Shown: positions 53,676-63,828, numbered from the stretch's first letter. The stretch is 64,000 nt of DNA from a virus (IMGVR_UViG_3300024245_000001:5907-69906), one strand, 5' to 3'. Numbers and translations are program-made. Notes: generated from the sequence alone by a model not told the origin.

Positions 53676-53891
53676 TCATGGATTGTAATACGCGACCAAA
53701 ACTGTCGTGCCCGACTGCAAGGTCACTTGCATAAATCCCACCGGATTCGCCGGCAGCGTCGCCGCCCCGCCCGTTGCCGTCGTCGCGGTTCCCGTCTGTT
53801 GGGGAAAGATCGACGGCAGCGTCACCGCAATCCGGCTGACGTTTTGAACGAGACCTTTGAGAGTGGATACGGCGTCGTCAAGAGCGGCCAT
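53676..53891 (-). CDS. Small structural-type protein
   Basis: Operonic; TLPANPVGF. Confidence 0.55.
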   Translation of the reverse strand: MAALDDAVSTLKGLVQNVSRIAVTLPSIFPQQTGTATTATGGAATLPANPVGFMQVTLQSGTTVLVAYYNP

Positions 53892-53945
53892 TTTTCCAGA
53901 CTTCCTAGTTGCTTTCTTTTCAAGAAAGTGTATTATATTCCAGTC

Positions 53946-54542
53946 ATGAAGCCAAGGTCAGAGAAAAACGAATTAATCGTCCGCCTCAAGACGATTTGGA
54001 ACTACAGCCCAGATAATGGGTCATTCACATGGAAGATCGACGCATCAAGAAAGTTCAAAAAAGGGTCCAACGCCGGGCATAAAGACAAACGCGGGTACGT
54101 ATCTCTTTCTTACAAATACACGCGATATCAAGCTCATAGGGCGGCATGGGCGTTTTACTATGGGGAGTGGCCATTAACAGACGTTGACCATATCAACGCG
54201 GATAAATCAGACAACAGGATACAGAATTTGCGCCTTGCAAGCCGAAGCCAGAATCTAGCATTTAAGCCAGTGCGGCCAGACAGTGCAAGCGGCCGTAAAG
54301 GGGTGTACTTCGACAAACGAGACGGTCGGTTCTACCCCTACATCGACGTAAATGGAAAACGCAAATCGTTAGGCGGTTTTGCCAGCCTAAATGATGCGTC
54401 ACAAGCAAGGCAAGTAGCCCAAGATGCCCACTGGAAAGAATTTTCATGGTCGCAATCACCTGCGGCCATCCGGAGTGTACCTAAAACGGATTTTCCCGAG
54501 ACGCCAGAAACTCCCAACGTCGCTGGACGACACGGTAAATGA
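53946..54542 (+). CDS. HNH-AP2 homing endonuclease (antisense)
   Basis: YSPDNGSFTW, AHRAAWAFYYG, VDHINADKSDNRIQNLR, GVYFDKR. Confidence 0.9.
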   Translation: MKPRSEKNELIVRLKTIWNYSPDNGSFTWKIDASRKFKKGSNAGHKDKRGYVSLSYKYTRYQAHRAAWAFYYGEWPLTDVDHINADKSDNRIQNLRLASRSQNLAFKPVRPDSASGRKGVYFDKRDGRFYPYIDVNGKRKSLGGFASLNDASQARQVAQDAHWKEFSWSQSPAAIRSVPKTDFPETPETPNVAGRHGK

Positions 54543-56501
54543 CATTCTTGTGGCCCGTATCCTGGTGTTAAAAAATGTGGTGTTCTGATCCATCGTGTAT
54601 GGACCATAGGTGACTGGCGTCTCAGACTCATAATCATTGATAGCATTTACGCTAATTTGTATCTGTGCCGTCTGCTGCCCGGAATACGCGCCATATCGAA
54701 AGTCCGGTCGAATCTCGTCTACAAACGAGACTTCTTGGCCTTCCGAGATGTAGTAATATCCAGTGACAAACGACGAGACGAGCGGGCTTCCGTCCGCATC
54801 CGGGGATGTTTCGTGCTGGTAGACAACCCCCGTAGGAGTAGCTCCAAGCGGAGGACCGAGAATAGTCTGGTCGGTCCAAGCAGATCGTGCGTATGATCCG
54901 TAATCCCAGGGTCCATTGGGCTCCGTCAGGTTGAACTTGACATAGGAATCATTCTCACCGTTTACGCTCGCCAGCGAGGGGAAAGCCCAACCGGCCTCGT
55001 CGAAAGGAGTGTTCGGCAGCGCCCGCACATTGGCGGCATAGGCGGTATTGAGGTTCTGAAACACGAAGTCCCAGACCGGGCATTGCATCACGGAAACGCC
55101 ATTCGTGTTGTACTGGTAGAAGTTGGTCGGCCCCATCCAGTAGACATTCCCGCGCAAAGCCTGCGCGGCGTGGCTCGAAATCGCCCCAGCACCGACTCCG
55201 ATTCGGTTGAATCCAAATACAAATGGAGGCCCCTGGTAGTTCATGGCCCACAAATCGAGGTCGGTCCACAACAGGTTTTGGTTCCCCACAGCCGCACCAG
55301 CCATCAACTTGGACCCATTCGGGATGCGATATGATCCGGCTTGGTTGGTGACGAGCGGCGTGAACACGGTGAAGTCGCCGACCGTCGACCACTTGACCAA
55401 GAGCGGGTCTTGCTCGATCCCCAGCCCTTCCGCCGCGGTCGAGCCCCAGCAGACCAAAATCTGCTCCGCCATCGAAACGAAGATGCCGCCGTTGAAGGGA
55501 GGCGCCGTCGATATCAGCCCCGCATTGGTGAATCCACCCGTGGGATCGTATAGATAGACGCCCCCTCCCATCGGGCAGGCGAGATAGAGTTGGCCCCAAT
55601 TGTCCGAGGTCCAATCGGTTGCCGTGATTTCCGTTCCGGTCTGGTCCGAACTCGAGCCGGAGCCGGTGCCGTAACCTCCCGATCCGTAGCCTCCCGTGCC
55701 GTATCCAGATCCCGCAGCCGGCGGCCCGATCTGAATGTAATAGACCAGTTGCACATTGCCGGAGTTCATCGAGAACGAGCCGGAAGCGCTCGCCTGATTA
55801 GGCAACGTAATCTTGAAATTGTTGGCGTCGACGACGGTCGAGACCGTGTACCCGCCCTGAATGGTTACTCCGTTGCCTGTAGTGGAAGCCGGGAACACGG
55901 CGGTATTGCCGACCGCGAGGCCGTGCGAATTGAGCAGCACCGAGACCAGCGCCGAGCCAGACGTGGTGGTGAACACCGGCACCGCGCCGCCATTGGTGAC
56001 TCCGGCCGCACCATTGGTCGCAGCCGTGATCGTGTACGAGGTCGCCGAGATGATGGAAACGATCGGATATAGCCCGGAGAGGATGATCCCATCGACCGAT
56101 ACCGGAGTATTGAACACCACCGAGTCATAGGTGGTGACGTTGAAGATGCCCGTGTCCGTCACCGTGACCGTGGGGGAGCCCATCGTTGTCGTGAAATTCG
56201 GCGCGGGATTAGTCGTCAACGTCTGCGGGGTGATATCATTGAACGAGCCCGAAGTGATGATGCCCAACTGCGTCGTGGTGCCGACGCCGAGATGATTGGT
56301 GCCGTTCAAGTCCTCCCAGGCATGGAGATCGCGCGGCACTCCCGCGACAGCAAAGGGGTAGTATTTCTGCCAGCCGCCGAGCTTTTGCGCGAGACCAGCC
56401 TTGAACCTGATAAATTGGCTCTGATTGTATCCTGCGCCCTGTACGGTGGGCGTCCGTTCGACATCAACGCCGGGAACGAGGGTAAGCTCTCCGTAGGCCA
56501 T
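54456..56501 (-). CDS. Tail/head stabilisation protein (P22 gp10 / tubular protein B-like)
   Basis: Beta-rich 680 aa; terminal GSFWRLGKIRF...PDGRR; position in the head-tail module. Confidence 0.75.
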   Translation of the reverse strand: MAYGELTLVPGVDVERTPTVQGAGYNQSQFIRFKAGLAQKLGGWQKYYPFAVAGVPRDLHAWEDLNGTNHLGVGTTTQLGIITSGSFNDITPQTLTTNPAPNFTTTMGSPTVTVTDTGIFNVTTYDSVVFNTPVSVDGIILSGLYPIVSIISATSYTITAATNGAAGVTNGGAVPVFTTTSGSALVSVLLNSHGLAVGNTAVFPASTTGNGVTIQGGYTVSTVVDANNFKITLPNQASASGSFSMNSGNVQLVYYIQIGPPAAGSGYGTGGYGSGGYGTGSGSSSDQTGTEITATDWTSDNWGQLYLACPMGGGVYLYDPTGGFTNAGLISTAPPFNGGIFVSMAEQILVCWGSTAAEGLGIEQDPLLVKWSTVGDFTVFTPLVTNQAGSYRIPNGSKLMAGAAVGNQNLLWTDLDLWAMNYQGPPFVFGFNRIGVGAGAISSHAAQALRGNVYWMGPTNFYQYNTNGVSVMQCPVWDFVFQNLNTAYAANVRALPNTPFDEAGWAFPSLASVNGENDSYVKFNLTEPNGPWDYGSYARSAWTDQTILGPPLGATPTGVVYQHETSPDADGSPLVSSFVTGYYYISEGQEVSFVDEIRPDFRYGAYSGQQTAQIQISVNAINDYESETPVTYGPYTMDQNTTFFNTRIRATRMSFTVSSSDVGSFWRLGKIRFRYTPDGRR

Positions 56502-56565
56502 TAAAATCGCGCTTACTGACCTGGGTAAGTATTGAATGCGGAAAAAACCGCACCATATACCAACC

Positions 56566-57102
56566 ATGGAAACGATTTGGCGTCAGGTGTCATATAAAGG
56601 CACCACCCTTCCCTACGAAGTCAGCAACTTTGGAGAAGTCCGGAGCCTCGCTCGCGAGGACTGCGGCGGGCGCATGAGATATGCGCAAACCATCACACCG
56701 CATTTAACCGGGCAATACTTGCAAGTCATCTTACAGAACGAAAGAAAGCGATACTCCCCACTTGTTCACACATTGGTTGCATTCGCTTTCTTAGAGCCTC
56801 CCCCATCAGAATATGGGCGTGGTAAGATTTCCGTGAATCACAAGAACTGCATAAAGACAGACAACCGACCAGAAAACCTTGAATGGGTTACATGTCAGGA
56901 AAACAGCGATCACGCCATTAAGAACAAACGCATGAAGCGTGGAGAGGACAATCCGGCGGCCAAACTTACGGAGCAACAAGTGTTGAGTATCCGGCGCGAT
57001 AGACAATCTGGTGCCACATATCCAAGCCTCGTCAAGAAATACAATTCCAGCCTCTATATCGTTTGGGCAATCTGCCACAGAAAAATATGGAAACACGTCT
57101 AA
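56566..57102 (+). CDS. NUMOD4-HNH homing endonuclease (antisense)
   Basis: YEVSNFGEVRS, VHTLVAFAFL, VNHKNCIKTDNRPENLEWVT. Confidence 0.9.
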   Translation: METIWRQVSYKGTTLPYEVSNFGEVRSLAREDCGGRMRYAQTITPHLTGQYLQVILQNERKRYSPLVHTLVAFAFLEPPPSEYGRGKISVNHKNCIKTDNRPENLEWVTCQENSDHAIKNKRMKRGEDNPAAKLTEQQVLSIRRDRQSGATYPSLVKKYNSSLYIVWAICHRKIWKHV

Positions 57103-57114
57103 GTAATTGATATT

Positions 57115-58095
57115 TCACGTCTTTATTAACGGTAAGAAGCTGACAATAGTCGGCTGCATGTTCGCACCGACACCAGTTCCGCCGGTAGCGATGGTCACGG
57201 AAATGCCAGTCGTTGCGGTGCCGGTCCTGGTGGTGATCGCGTTCGTGTTGTTGGAGCTGGTCACGCCGCCGCTCGATCCGGCAATCTGGCTAAAAGAGAT
57301 CGTGTGGCCATGACCGGGATCGGAGACGTTCGCAACGTGAATATGCGCCCCCACGTTCTGGTCGCCCCCGCCAGCGCCCATCGCTTGTCCATTGATGCCG
57401 CTGACTGCCGAAGTGACCCGCAGCGAATAGGTGCCGGGGCCATTGGTATCCAATGCAATGCGGGCGCGGTTGCGCTCGTCTGGCACGCCGAAGGTGGTGA
57501 TGCCGTTGCCGCCGAAGGACGAACCGAGCACAGCCGCAAGCGCCGGGTAAGTTGCGGCGGAATAGATGGTGCCGTCCTTGATGAGATAGGGCTGCACCGT
57601 GCAGGCCGTCATCCATGCTGGCAGCGACGTAACACCATGAAGGTCGTAGGCAGTCCCCGGATCAGGAGCGTTGACGAAGTCCATCGACGTTCCGTCGAAG
57701 AAAATCTGCGACTTCTTGCCGGGCGGGATACCGATGACGTTTCCGCCACCGGAGGATGCCGCAGCGGATACATAGAACGACCCAACCGTGCATTGGTTAT
57801 CGACGATCCAGAACCCCGGCATGGTGAACTGAAGGACATTGTTTCCGGTCAATGTGCCGGTGAGCTTGATGCAGGCATTCTGCTGCTGAAAGGGGCCGGG
57901 ACTCGGGGTGACAGAACCGGAAGGGGCGGTGAGTGTGATCGTGCTCGCCGCGGCAAGACTCAAGGTGACCATGCCGCCGAGGATGCCATCGATGGCGACG
58001 AAGTTCGGATTGAGCGCAGCGGTTCCCCACGCGGCGACGAGATCACCTGTGTTTGCTACAGTGAAATTTCGGTTCACTGTCAATGGTTCTACCAC
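57115..58095 (-). CDS. Tail fibre with phage tail-collar domain
   Basis: YLIKDG..YS...YPAL.AVLG..FGGNG.TTFGVPD.R, and NMQPT. Confidence 0.8.
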   Translation of the reverse strand: MVEPLTVNRNFTVANTGDLVAAWGTAALNPNFVAIDGILGGMVTLSLAAASTITLTAPSGSVTPSPGPFQQQNACIKLTGTLTGNNVLQFTMPGFWIVDNQCTVGSFYVSAAASSGGGNVIGIPPGKKSQIFFDGTSMDFVNAPDPGTAYDLHGVTSLPAWMTACTVQPYLIKDGTIYSAATYPALAAVLGSSFGGNGITTFGVPDERNRARIALDTNGPGTYSLRVTSAVSGINGQAMGAGGGDQNVGAHIHVANVSDPGHGHTISFSQIAGSSGGVTSSNNTNAITTRTGTATTGISVTIATGGTGVGANMQPTIVSFLPLIKT

Positions 58096-58155
58096 AGTTT
58101 GACTCCCAGTCTGTTCTGAGCTACTGGTTTGTAGGTATCTCAGGAGGTATCATCT

Positions 58156-58812
58156 ATGGGAAAAATTCGTGATCTGCAGGGAAAACGCTTTGGACGACTT
58201 GCCGTTGTAACAAGGGCGCCAAACAAGCCAGGTTGCGTGAACGCGATTTGGGTTTGCCAATGCGATTGCGGCACGATCAAAAACATTCGCGCCGATGTAC
58301 TTATCCGGGAAGATTCAACTAGCTGCGGATGCTATCAGCGCGAGATATCATCTAAACGATTGACGACTCACGGGATGTCGCTAACGCCAGAGTTTTCCAT
58401 ATGGGGGACGATGATCAGAAGGTGCCATAATCAAGATCATCCTAGTTACAAACACCACGGCGCGAGAGGTATAATCGTATGCGAGCGCTGGCGCTATAGC
58501 TTCGAGAACTTCTACGACGACATGGGGCAAAGACCATCAAAAAAACACTCTATCGACAGGATAGATAACAACGGCCCATACTCCCCAGAAAATTGTCGAT
58601 GGGCCACATCTCGCACTCAATCCAGAAACACCAGTTACAATCGCATGGTGGAAATGGATGGAGTTTCATTTTGCGTCGCTGACTGGTGCGACATGATGGG
58701 CGTTAGTCGTCATAGGCCTTATGATATGAAGTACTGGAACAAGAGAAGCGGCATCAAGACGATAGAAGAGGCGCTCCGGGTCCTGTATGACGAATGGAAA
58801 GCGGAATCCTAA
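58156..58812 (+). CDS. HNH-type endonuclease (antisense)
   Basis: GKRFGRL, W.CQCDCG, IW..M..RC, SIDRIDNNG.YSPENCRWAT; GGAGG RBS. Confidence 0.85.
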   Translation: MGKIRDLQGKRFGRLAVVTRAPNKPGCVNAIWVCQCDCGTIKNIRADVLIREDSTSCGCYQREISSKRLTTHGMSLTPEFSIWGTMIRRCHNQDHPSYKHHGARGIIVCERWRYSFENFYDDMGQRPSKKHSIDRIDNNGPYSPENCRWATSRTQSRNTSYNRMVEMDGVSFCVADWCDMMGVSRHRPYDMKYWNKRSGIKTIEEALRVLYDEWKAES

Positions 58813-58820
58813 GTCCTTTC

Positions 58821-59531
58821 CTAAGTCCTCTCCGGCGTTGCCTGCGGCGCCGGCTGCTTGCTCGACCATCCCGCCATGTTGAATCTCTTGCGCTGTTCCT
58901 CGGTCTGGGCCGACTGCATCAAGCTTTGGTAATGCCCCTCCCAACTCACTGCCATTTTAGGATCGTCCATCTGCGCCCCGAAATTCTTCATATAGCCGGA
59001 GGCGAACACCATCGACGCGGCGATGAACAGATCGGGGAAATAGACAGACAGCAGCGTCGTCGCATTGGTGGTCGAGATCGCCGCCGGCCGCACCGTGCCG
59101 GTCACCTCGACCGTATAAGCCTGATCAGGCCATGGCCCGACCAAGATGGTCGTCTGCGTCACCATCCCGAAATACTGCGGCACGCTGGATCCGGTCGCGC
59201 TGGGCCAGAGCGCATCGAGGGCATCATTGCCGATCGGCAGCAGTGGATTGCGGGTTGCGTTTGCCGATGACGACGCGAGCGGTGTCCACACATTGATGCG
59301 GTTGACGACGACAACGGTTCCATTCGCCGAAGGAAGATCGAACGTCCGTTGCCCCGTGGTGAATGTCCCGGTCTGCGTCGTATTGGTGTTGAGCAAGTCG
59401 AGTTCGCGATAAAGCCTCTGCTCGGCGTCATCGATGATATTGGGCAACACCGTCACGAAGTTCGGGTCGCTCGCGGAATCGACCGGCATGAGATTGACCA
59501 GCGAGGCGACATAGGTCGTGTAGTTCAGCAT
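58821..59531 (-). CDS. Head-tail adaptor / tubular protein A-like
   Basis: AEQRLYREL, P.PDQAYTVE, YFPDLFIAASM. Confidence 0.7.
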   Translation of the reverse strand: MLNYTTYVASLVNLMPVDSASDPNFVTVLPNIIDDAEQRLYRELDLLNTNTTQTGTFTTGQRTFDLPSANGTVVVVNRINVWTPLASSSANATRNPLLPIGNDALDALWPSATGSSVPQYFGMVTQTTILVGPWPDQAYTVEVTGTVRPAAISTTNATTLLSVYFPDLFIAASMVFASGYMKNFGAQMDDPKMAVSWEGHYQSLMQSAQTEEQRKRFNMAGWSSKQPAPQATPERT

Positions 59532-59533
59532 TG

Positions 59534-61807
59534 TTAGCCCTGCAGCTCCACCGCCTCGATCATCGCGCCGCTGGCGTTGTCAAACGTCGTCGGGAAATAA
59601 GCCGTCCCCGAAGCGACCGCAATTTGCGCGATATAAGATGTGGCCGCCGCCGATCCGGGCGCGTCCGTCCAAGTCAGGCTCACCGGCAGCGGATGGTTGG
59701 CGAGAATCCCCTGGATGGACTTGACCCCACCGACCGCGGTGGCGCCTCGAACAATGCGCAAGGCGCTATTCGCTATGGTGCCGTTGCTCTGGGCAATGTT
59801 TCCGTCGACCGTCACGCGGACCAGATTAGGCGCCGAGGTCGGAGTGATGCTCACCTGTACGATGGTCGACGTGAAGTTCGTGGTGCTCAAGGCCGTGAAT
59901 TGCGTGGTGGTGAAGAACGTCTGCGCCTGCACCACATCGCCGGGCTTCTTGTTTCCAGGTCCGAACACTTGCAGCGTGGTCGGGGTCGAGGCATAGGTTC
60001 CAGCAGTCGCCAATCCGGCCCCATAATCGAGCACACCGACGATGCGGAAAGGCTTCGACGACGCCGTCGTCCCAGGATTGGTGTAAAAGGTTCCCAAGCT
60101 CGTCGCCGAACCGCTGATCGCACTCGACGAGCCGAAGATCGCTTCATTGAGCGGATAGATGCTCGATCCGCCGGCCGTTCCAGAACTGCAATTGATAATG
60201 GCCGGCAACGGCACGCCGCCGCCATCGAACAGCACGAGATAGAGCCGGAAGGGTGCCGAATTGGCAGAACCGAACGTCGCCCCGCTGGTGGGCGTCGTGT
60301 AGGTCAGGGTGCCGGTGATCTGCCGCCAAGCGATGTCTCCCGTCGCCAGGGTCGAATCCCGGAACGGGATCAGTATCGGATTGGCGGCGGTCGCCGTTGC
60401 CAAGCTGTTCTGGACGAGACTGATCGTCAGCGCGCCACCAGCAACCGAGCAGGTAATCCCGAGATTGATCGGCATTTCCAAACCGGCGGGCGGCGCCGAG
60501 GTCGAAATTGCCACCAGCCCCGTGGTCGCGATCGTGGCTCCGGCGAGGCCAAATCCGGTCGTGAAGCTCGATACCGCCGTTGTGAATGTGGGAGTACCGC
60601 CATTGCCGGCGAGGAAAGTCCCGGCCGCGCCCTGCGCCGTAATCCCGACCGTGTTGGTGCCGTTGCCGAAGACGATCCCGTTCTGAGTCAGGATGGTCGT
60701 GTTGGTGCCGCCGCCCGAGACCGAGAGAACCGCATAGGCCGGCGCCGCTGTGGGGCCTCCTGACACCAAGGGCAGCGCCGTGGCACCCGTTGCCGAGATG
60801 CCGACCGTCGAGGTGCCGTTGCCGTAGAGCACCCCGAACGCGGTCAGGATGGTGGTGCCGGTGCCCCCGCCGGGGACCGTAAGTACCGCGAAGGCCGGCG
60901 CGATCGCGGTCCCGTTGCCGACCAGCGGCCAAGCCGTGGTGCCGGCCGCGGTGATACCGATGGTCGAGGTGCCTTGGCCGTAAGGGATACCGAACGCGGT
61001 CAGCGTCGTGGTATTGGTCCCGCCGCCGGGAACCGTGAGCACGGCAAAGCCGGGAGGCGAGGTCGTGCCGTTGCCGACCAAAGGCAGCGCCGCCGTCGCG
61101 ACACCAGACACCTGGATCGCGGATGTCCCGTTCCCGATCAGGACGCGGTTGGTGGTGAACGACGAGGCCTGGAATGGACCTGGCAGAAGGGTGCTGGACA
61201 GCGCGCCGAAAACGAGCCCGGTGCCCCCGCCATTGACCTGAAGAACCTGGTTTGCCCCAGAGGCGACGATATCAGACACATCCGCGATGGCCGATCCGGT
61301 GACGCCAATGACAGACAGGGCCGCGCCTTGGCGGATAGCCGCATTCTGGACGGCATGGCCACCCATTTGGGTTGAGCCGATGCCGCCGGTCGCAACCCCG
61401 ACCGCCACCGTCGTCGATCCGGTGAGGAAGATACTGGTGCCAGCCGACACAAACGACGTGATGTCGAACCAATTGTCATCGAAATTGGTTCCGGAATTCT
61501 TGGCAAGGATTTGCCCGGTCGCGCCGCCGGGAGGGATATTGCCGGTCGGAATCGAAAGCGCGCCGATCGAGCAAGAGAATGGCAGTCCCGTGGACTTGTC
61601 CATGAAGGCGATCAGGTCGTCCGTCGTCGGATTCTGATTGCCGAGCGCACCCGCGATCTTCGGAAGATCGGTCAGGAATATCCTGCCGGATGTAGCAGAT
61701 GTCGCCGTGACAGAACTGGCGATCTCCAACGCCTCGCCCCCGGTAAACGGGAGCGCATCTGGCTGATATGGCGGCAGCGCCGGGATTGTGCCGGGAGTGG
61801 CGACCAT
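59534..61807 (-). CDS. Long Thr/Gly/Ala-rich tail fibre with 52-aa internal repeats
   Basis: 757 aa; repeats such as PLVGNGT..AP.FAVLTVPGGGT.TT.LTAFG. Confidence 0.75.
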   Translation of the reverse strand: MVATPGTIPALPPYQPDALPFTGGEALEIASSVTATSATSGRIFLTDLPKIAGALGNQNPTTDDLIAFMDKSTGLPFSCSIGALSIPTGNIPPGGATGQILAKNSGTNFDDNWFDITSFVSAGTSIFLTGSTTVAVGVATGGIGSTQMGGHAVQNAAIRQGAALSVIGVTGSAIADVSDIVASGANQVLQVNGGGTGLVFGALSSTLLPGPFQASSFTTNRVLIGNGTSAIQVSGVATAALPLVGNGTTSPPGFAVLTVPGGGTNTTTLTAFGIPYGQGTSTIGITAAGTTAWPLVGNGTAIAPAFAVLTVPGGGTGTTILTAFGVLYGNGTSTVGISATGATALPLVSGGPTAAPAYAVLSVSGGGTNTTILTQNGIVFGNGTNTVGITAQGAAGTFLAGNGGTPTFTTAVSSFTTGFGLAGATIATTGLVAISTSAPPAGLEMPINLGITCSVAGGALTISLVQNSLATATAANPILIPFRDSTLATGDIAWRQITGTLTYTTPTSGATFGSANSAPFRLYLVLFDGGGVPLPAIINCSSGTAGGSSIYPLNEAIFGSSSAISGSATSLGTFYTNPGTTASSKPFRIVGVLDYGAGLATAGTYASTPTTLQVFGPGNKKPGDVVQAQTFFTTTQFTALSTTNFTSTIVQVSITPTSAPNLVRVTVDGNIAQSNGTIANSALRIVRGATAVGGVKSIQGILANHPLPVSLTWTDAPGSAAATSYIAQIAVASGTAYFPTTFDNASGAMIEAVELQG
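60600..61145 (-). repeat. About 3.5 degenerate tandem units of 156 bp in the tail fibre
   Basis: GGGT-coding anchors at about 60709, 60865 and 61021, spaced 156 bp apart. Confidence 0.8.
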
Positions 61808-61814
61808 TTAATGC

Positions 61815-62249
61815 TCACCCGAATCCGCTGGAGAATCCAGACGAAAACGCCCTCGGCGTCGCCGGAGGAGAAGTCGTTCCAGTCGCCGTGTCCTGAAGAT
61901 TGGATTCAAGCCGCGAGGTCCCATCCAACTGAAGCCGGATCGTTCCGTCCTGCTGGTAGCGGTATTGATGTTCATCGATGTAATAGGCTTCCGGCCGCGC
62001 ATTGACGATGCCCACGGGATCGGGAGGCAGGAAGATGCTGCCGAGTTGACGCTGGGGTTGGTCGAGGCAATAATCACAGACTATCGCCCTCGTATTAGCT
62101 AGCCGAACGCCCCTCCACTCGAACTGCCAGTTGAGCTTGCGCAAATTCCAAACGAACCCGCAACGAGTACAAGTTGCCCAGACAGAAGGGGCGCTTGAGT
62201 CTGTCTCTGCGTATCGTGGGTGAGGCCTCATAGCGGGTTCGGACACCAC
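61815..62249 (-). CDS. Conserved-type virion-module protein with CxxC pairs
   Basis: CTRCG...QFEWRG...VCDYCLD.PQ.QL. Confidence 0.65.
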   Translation of the reverse strand: MVSEPAMRPHPRYAETDSSAPSVWATCTRCGFVWNLRKLNWQFEWRGVRLANTRAIVCDYCLDQPQRQLGSIFLPPDPVGIVNARPEAYYIDEHQYRYQQDGTIRLQLDGTSRLESNLQDTATGTTSPPATPRAFSSGFSSGFG

Positions 62250-63076
62250 TCATCTAGAAAGCAGAATTCCATTCCAGACATCGTCCCCCTTTGACCGCCC
62301 TGCATACAACTGCGCTTGATTGTATTCTTCGAGATACCAGTCGCTTCCACAGCTTCGATATTCGTCTGAAACACGCGCAACGTATTTAAGCAAATGATCG
62401 GCCTGTTTTCTGATGTGCCCCGCCGAGCTAACTTAACCGCCGCCGCCTCTTCAGGGCCGCCGCAAGCGTCACCGATATATCGAAACACCCGACCCATGGC
62501 AGTCGCACGCTTCTTATTGCACACCTCGGAAATCATTGCGCTTCCAGCCCCATAAGTTCTTGCCGCCGCGCTGGCGCTTGGAAATATCATTCCATCGTCC
62601 AAACAAATCACTTCCTTGCTGGATGCCTTTGGGCCGTCGGCAGCGTAAACCGCCCATTTGGATCGGTTCTTAATGCCGTGGTCACGCAACTTCTGCTTCG
62701 TCGCCTCGGAATGTGACTGACCTAAACGATAGGTATTGCCCTTGTGCAACAAGCGCAGGAGATCTTTCTGCGCCTCACTGATCACAGGCCGGGAGTAGCC
62801 CTCACCGCCAACTGTGGAATTGTATTCTGGAGATGTCTCTAGAATCAGACGACGTTCCGTTTCTAGGGCCTCGGAACGAGAGGAAAACGACTCTATCTCA
62901 GAGAACGAAAAGCTCGCATTACCGTGCTTGCGGATAGCCGCGTAAAACGCACCCTTTGTCCGGGCCCTGTGGGCATCGTAAAAGTGCTCCCAAATACGAC
63001 GGGCCAGGAGCCTTCCGGTAACACCAATATATCGGTGCCCGTTAATAACGTTTGTGGCCATGTACACGATAAACAT
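62228..63076 (-). CDS. GIY-YIG homing endonuclease with NUMOD-type repeats
   Basis: IVYMATN.ING.RYIGVT, R...H, E......PEYN, then repeated ICL..G..F.S motifs. Confidence 0.9.
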   Translation of the reverse strand: MFIVYMATNVINGHRYIGVTGRLLARRIWEHFYDAHRARTKGAFYAAIRKHGNASFSFSEIESFSSRSEALETERRLILETSPEYNSTVGGEGYSRPVISEAQKDLLRLLHKGNTYRLGQSHSEATKQKLRDHGIKNRSKWAVYAADGPKASSKEVICLDDGMIFPSASAAARTYGAGSAMISEVCNKKRATAMGRVFRYIGDACGGPEEAAAVKLARRGTSENRPIICLNTLRVFQTNIEAVEATGISKNTIKRSCMQGGQRGTMSGMEFCFLDEWCPNPL

Positions 63077-63114
63077 ACCTTCACTGTACCACCGTTTTGT
63101 GGAAAACGGAGTCC

Positions 63115-63828
63115 CTATCTCCGATAGTACGAATTGAGCGACGGCGAGAACGTCACCGGCACATTTTCGACATCCTGAGTCCCGGCATAGCCCCACGCCT
63201 CGTCATAGTCGGCCTTGCGCTGCGCCTCTAGCGTCGGCGCATAGACCCGCGCCAGACGCCTCGCCAATCCAGCCACCAGAACGCCGAGCCACCGATAAGG
63301 CAGGTTCGGCGTTTCCCCCGAGGTCAAATTCGCGTCCTGCAACTGCACGCAGGAATAGAAATTGAGCGTGTACGGGCCGCCATTGTCAGGCACCGGCCAC
63401 AGCGTCACGGTCGGAGAAATCAGCCGATCGAACCAGTACGAGGTCGGTCTGCCCTGCGTCTGCTTGTTTCCGAGCGAGGCATATTCGGTTCGGCTCATCG
63501 GCGTGATGTAGGTGTCGGTCTGATTCGAAGTACCATTGTTCAAACTGACATAGGCGTCTAGGATCATCACCGTCTGGGGCGTGACGCTGTAGGTTGCCGT
63601 GCCCTGTGTCAGTGTGATCGATGTTCCGTCTGTGGAGCTTGGCGAAACAACAGACCACAGGTTCACCTGTCTGTTGGAGAGCTCGACAAAGAGGTCGTTC
63701 AACTCCCGGCGCGCGGTGAGCATGTGCTCCTGACGCAGCGCGGGCGCACGAATCTGAATGCGCTCATAGGCGGCCAGGACCGCCTCGCCATTCGACAACG
63801 AGTAGGAGAACGTCCCGCTGGATGTCAC
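63115..63828 (-). CDS. Head-tail connector / tail tubular-type protein
   Basis: NRQVNLW, MSRTEYASLGNK...GRPTSYWFDR, LWPVPD. Confidence 0.7.
   Translation of the reverse strand: MTSSGTFSYSLSNGEAVLAAYERIQIRAPALRQEHMLTARRELNDLFVELSNRQVNLWSVVSPSSTDGTSITLTQGTATYSVTPQTVMILDAYVSLNNGTSNQTDTYITPMSRTEYASLGNKQTQGRPTSYWFDRLISPTVTLWPVPDNGGPYTLNFYSCVQLQDANLTSGETPNLPYRWLGVLVAGLARRLARVYAPTLEAQRKADYDEAWGYAGTQDVENVPVTFSPSLNSYYRR

Noticed and set aside
39491-61807. Diversity-generating retroelement acting on tail fibres
   Set aside because: No reverse transcriptase, and I saw no template/variable repeat pair differing at adenines.
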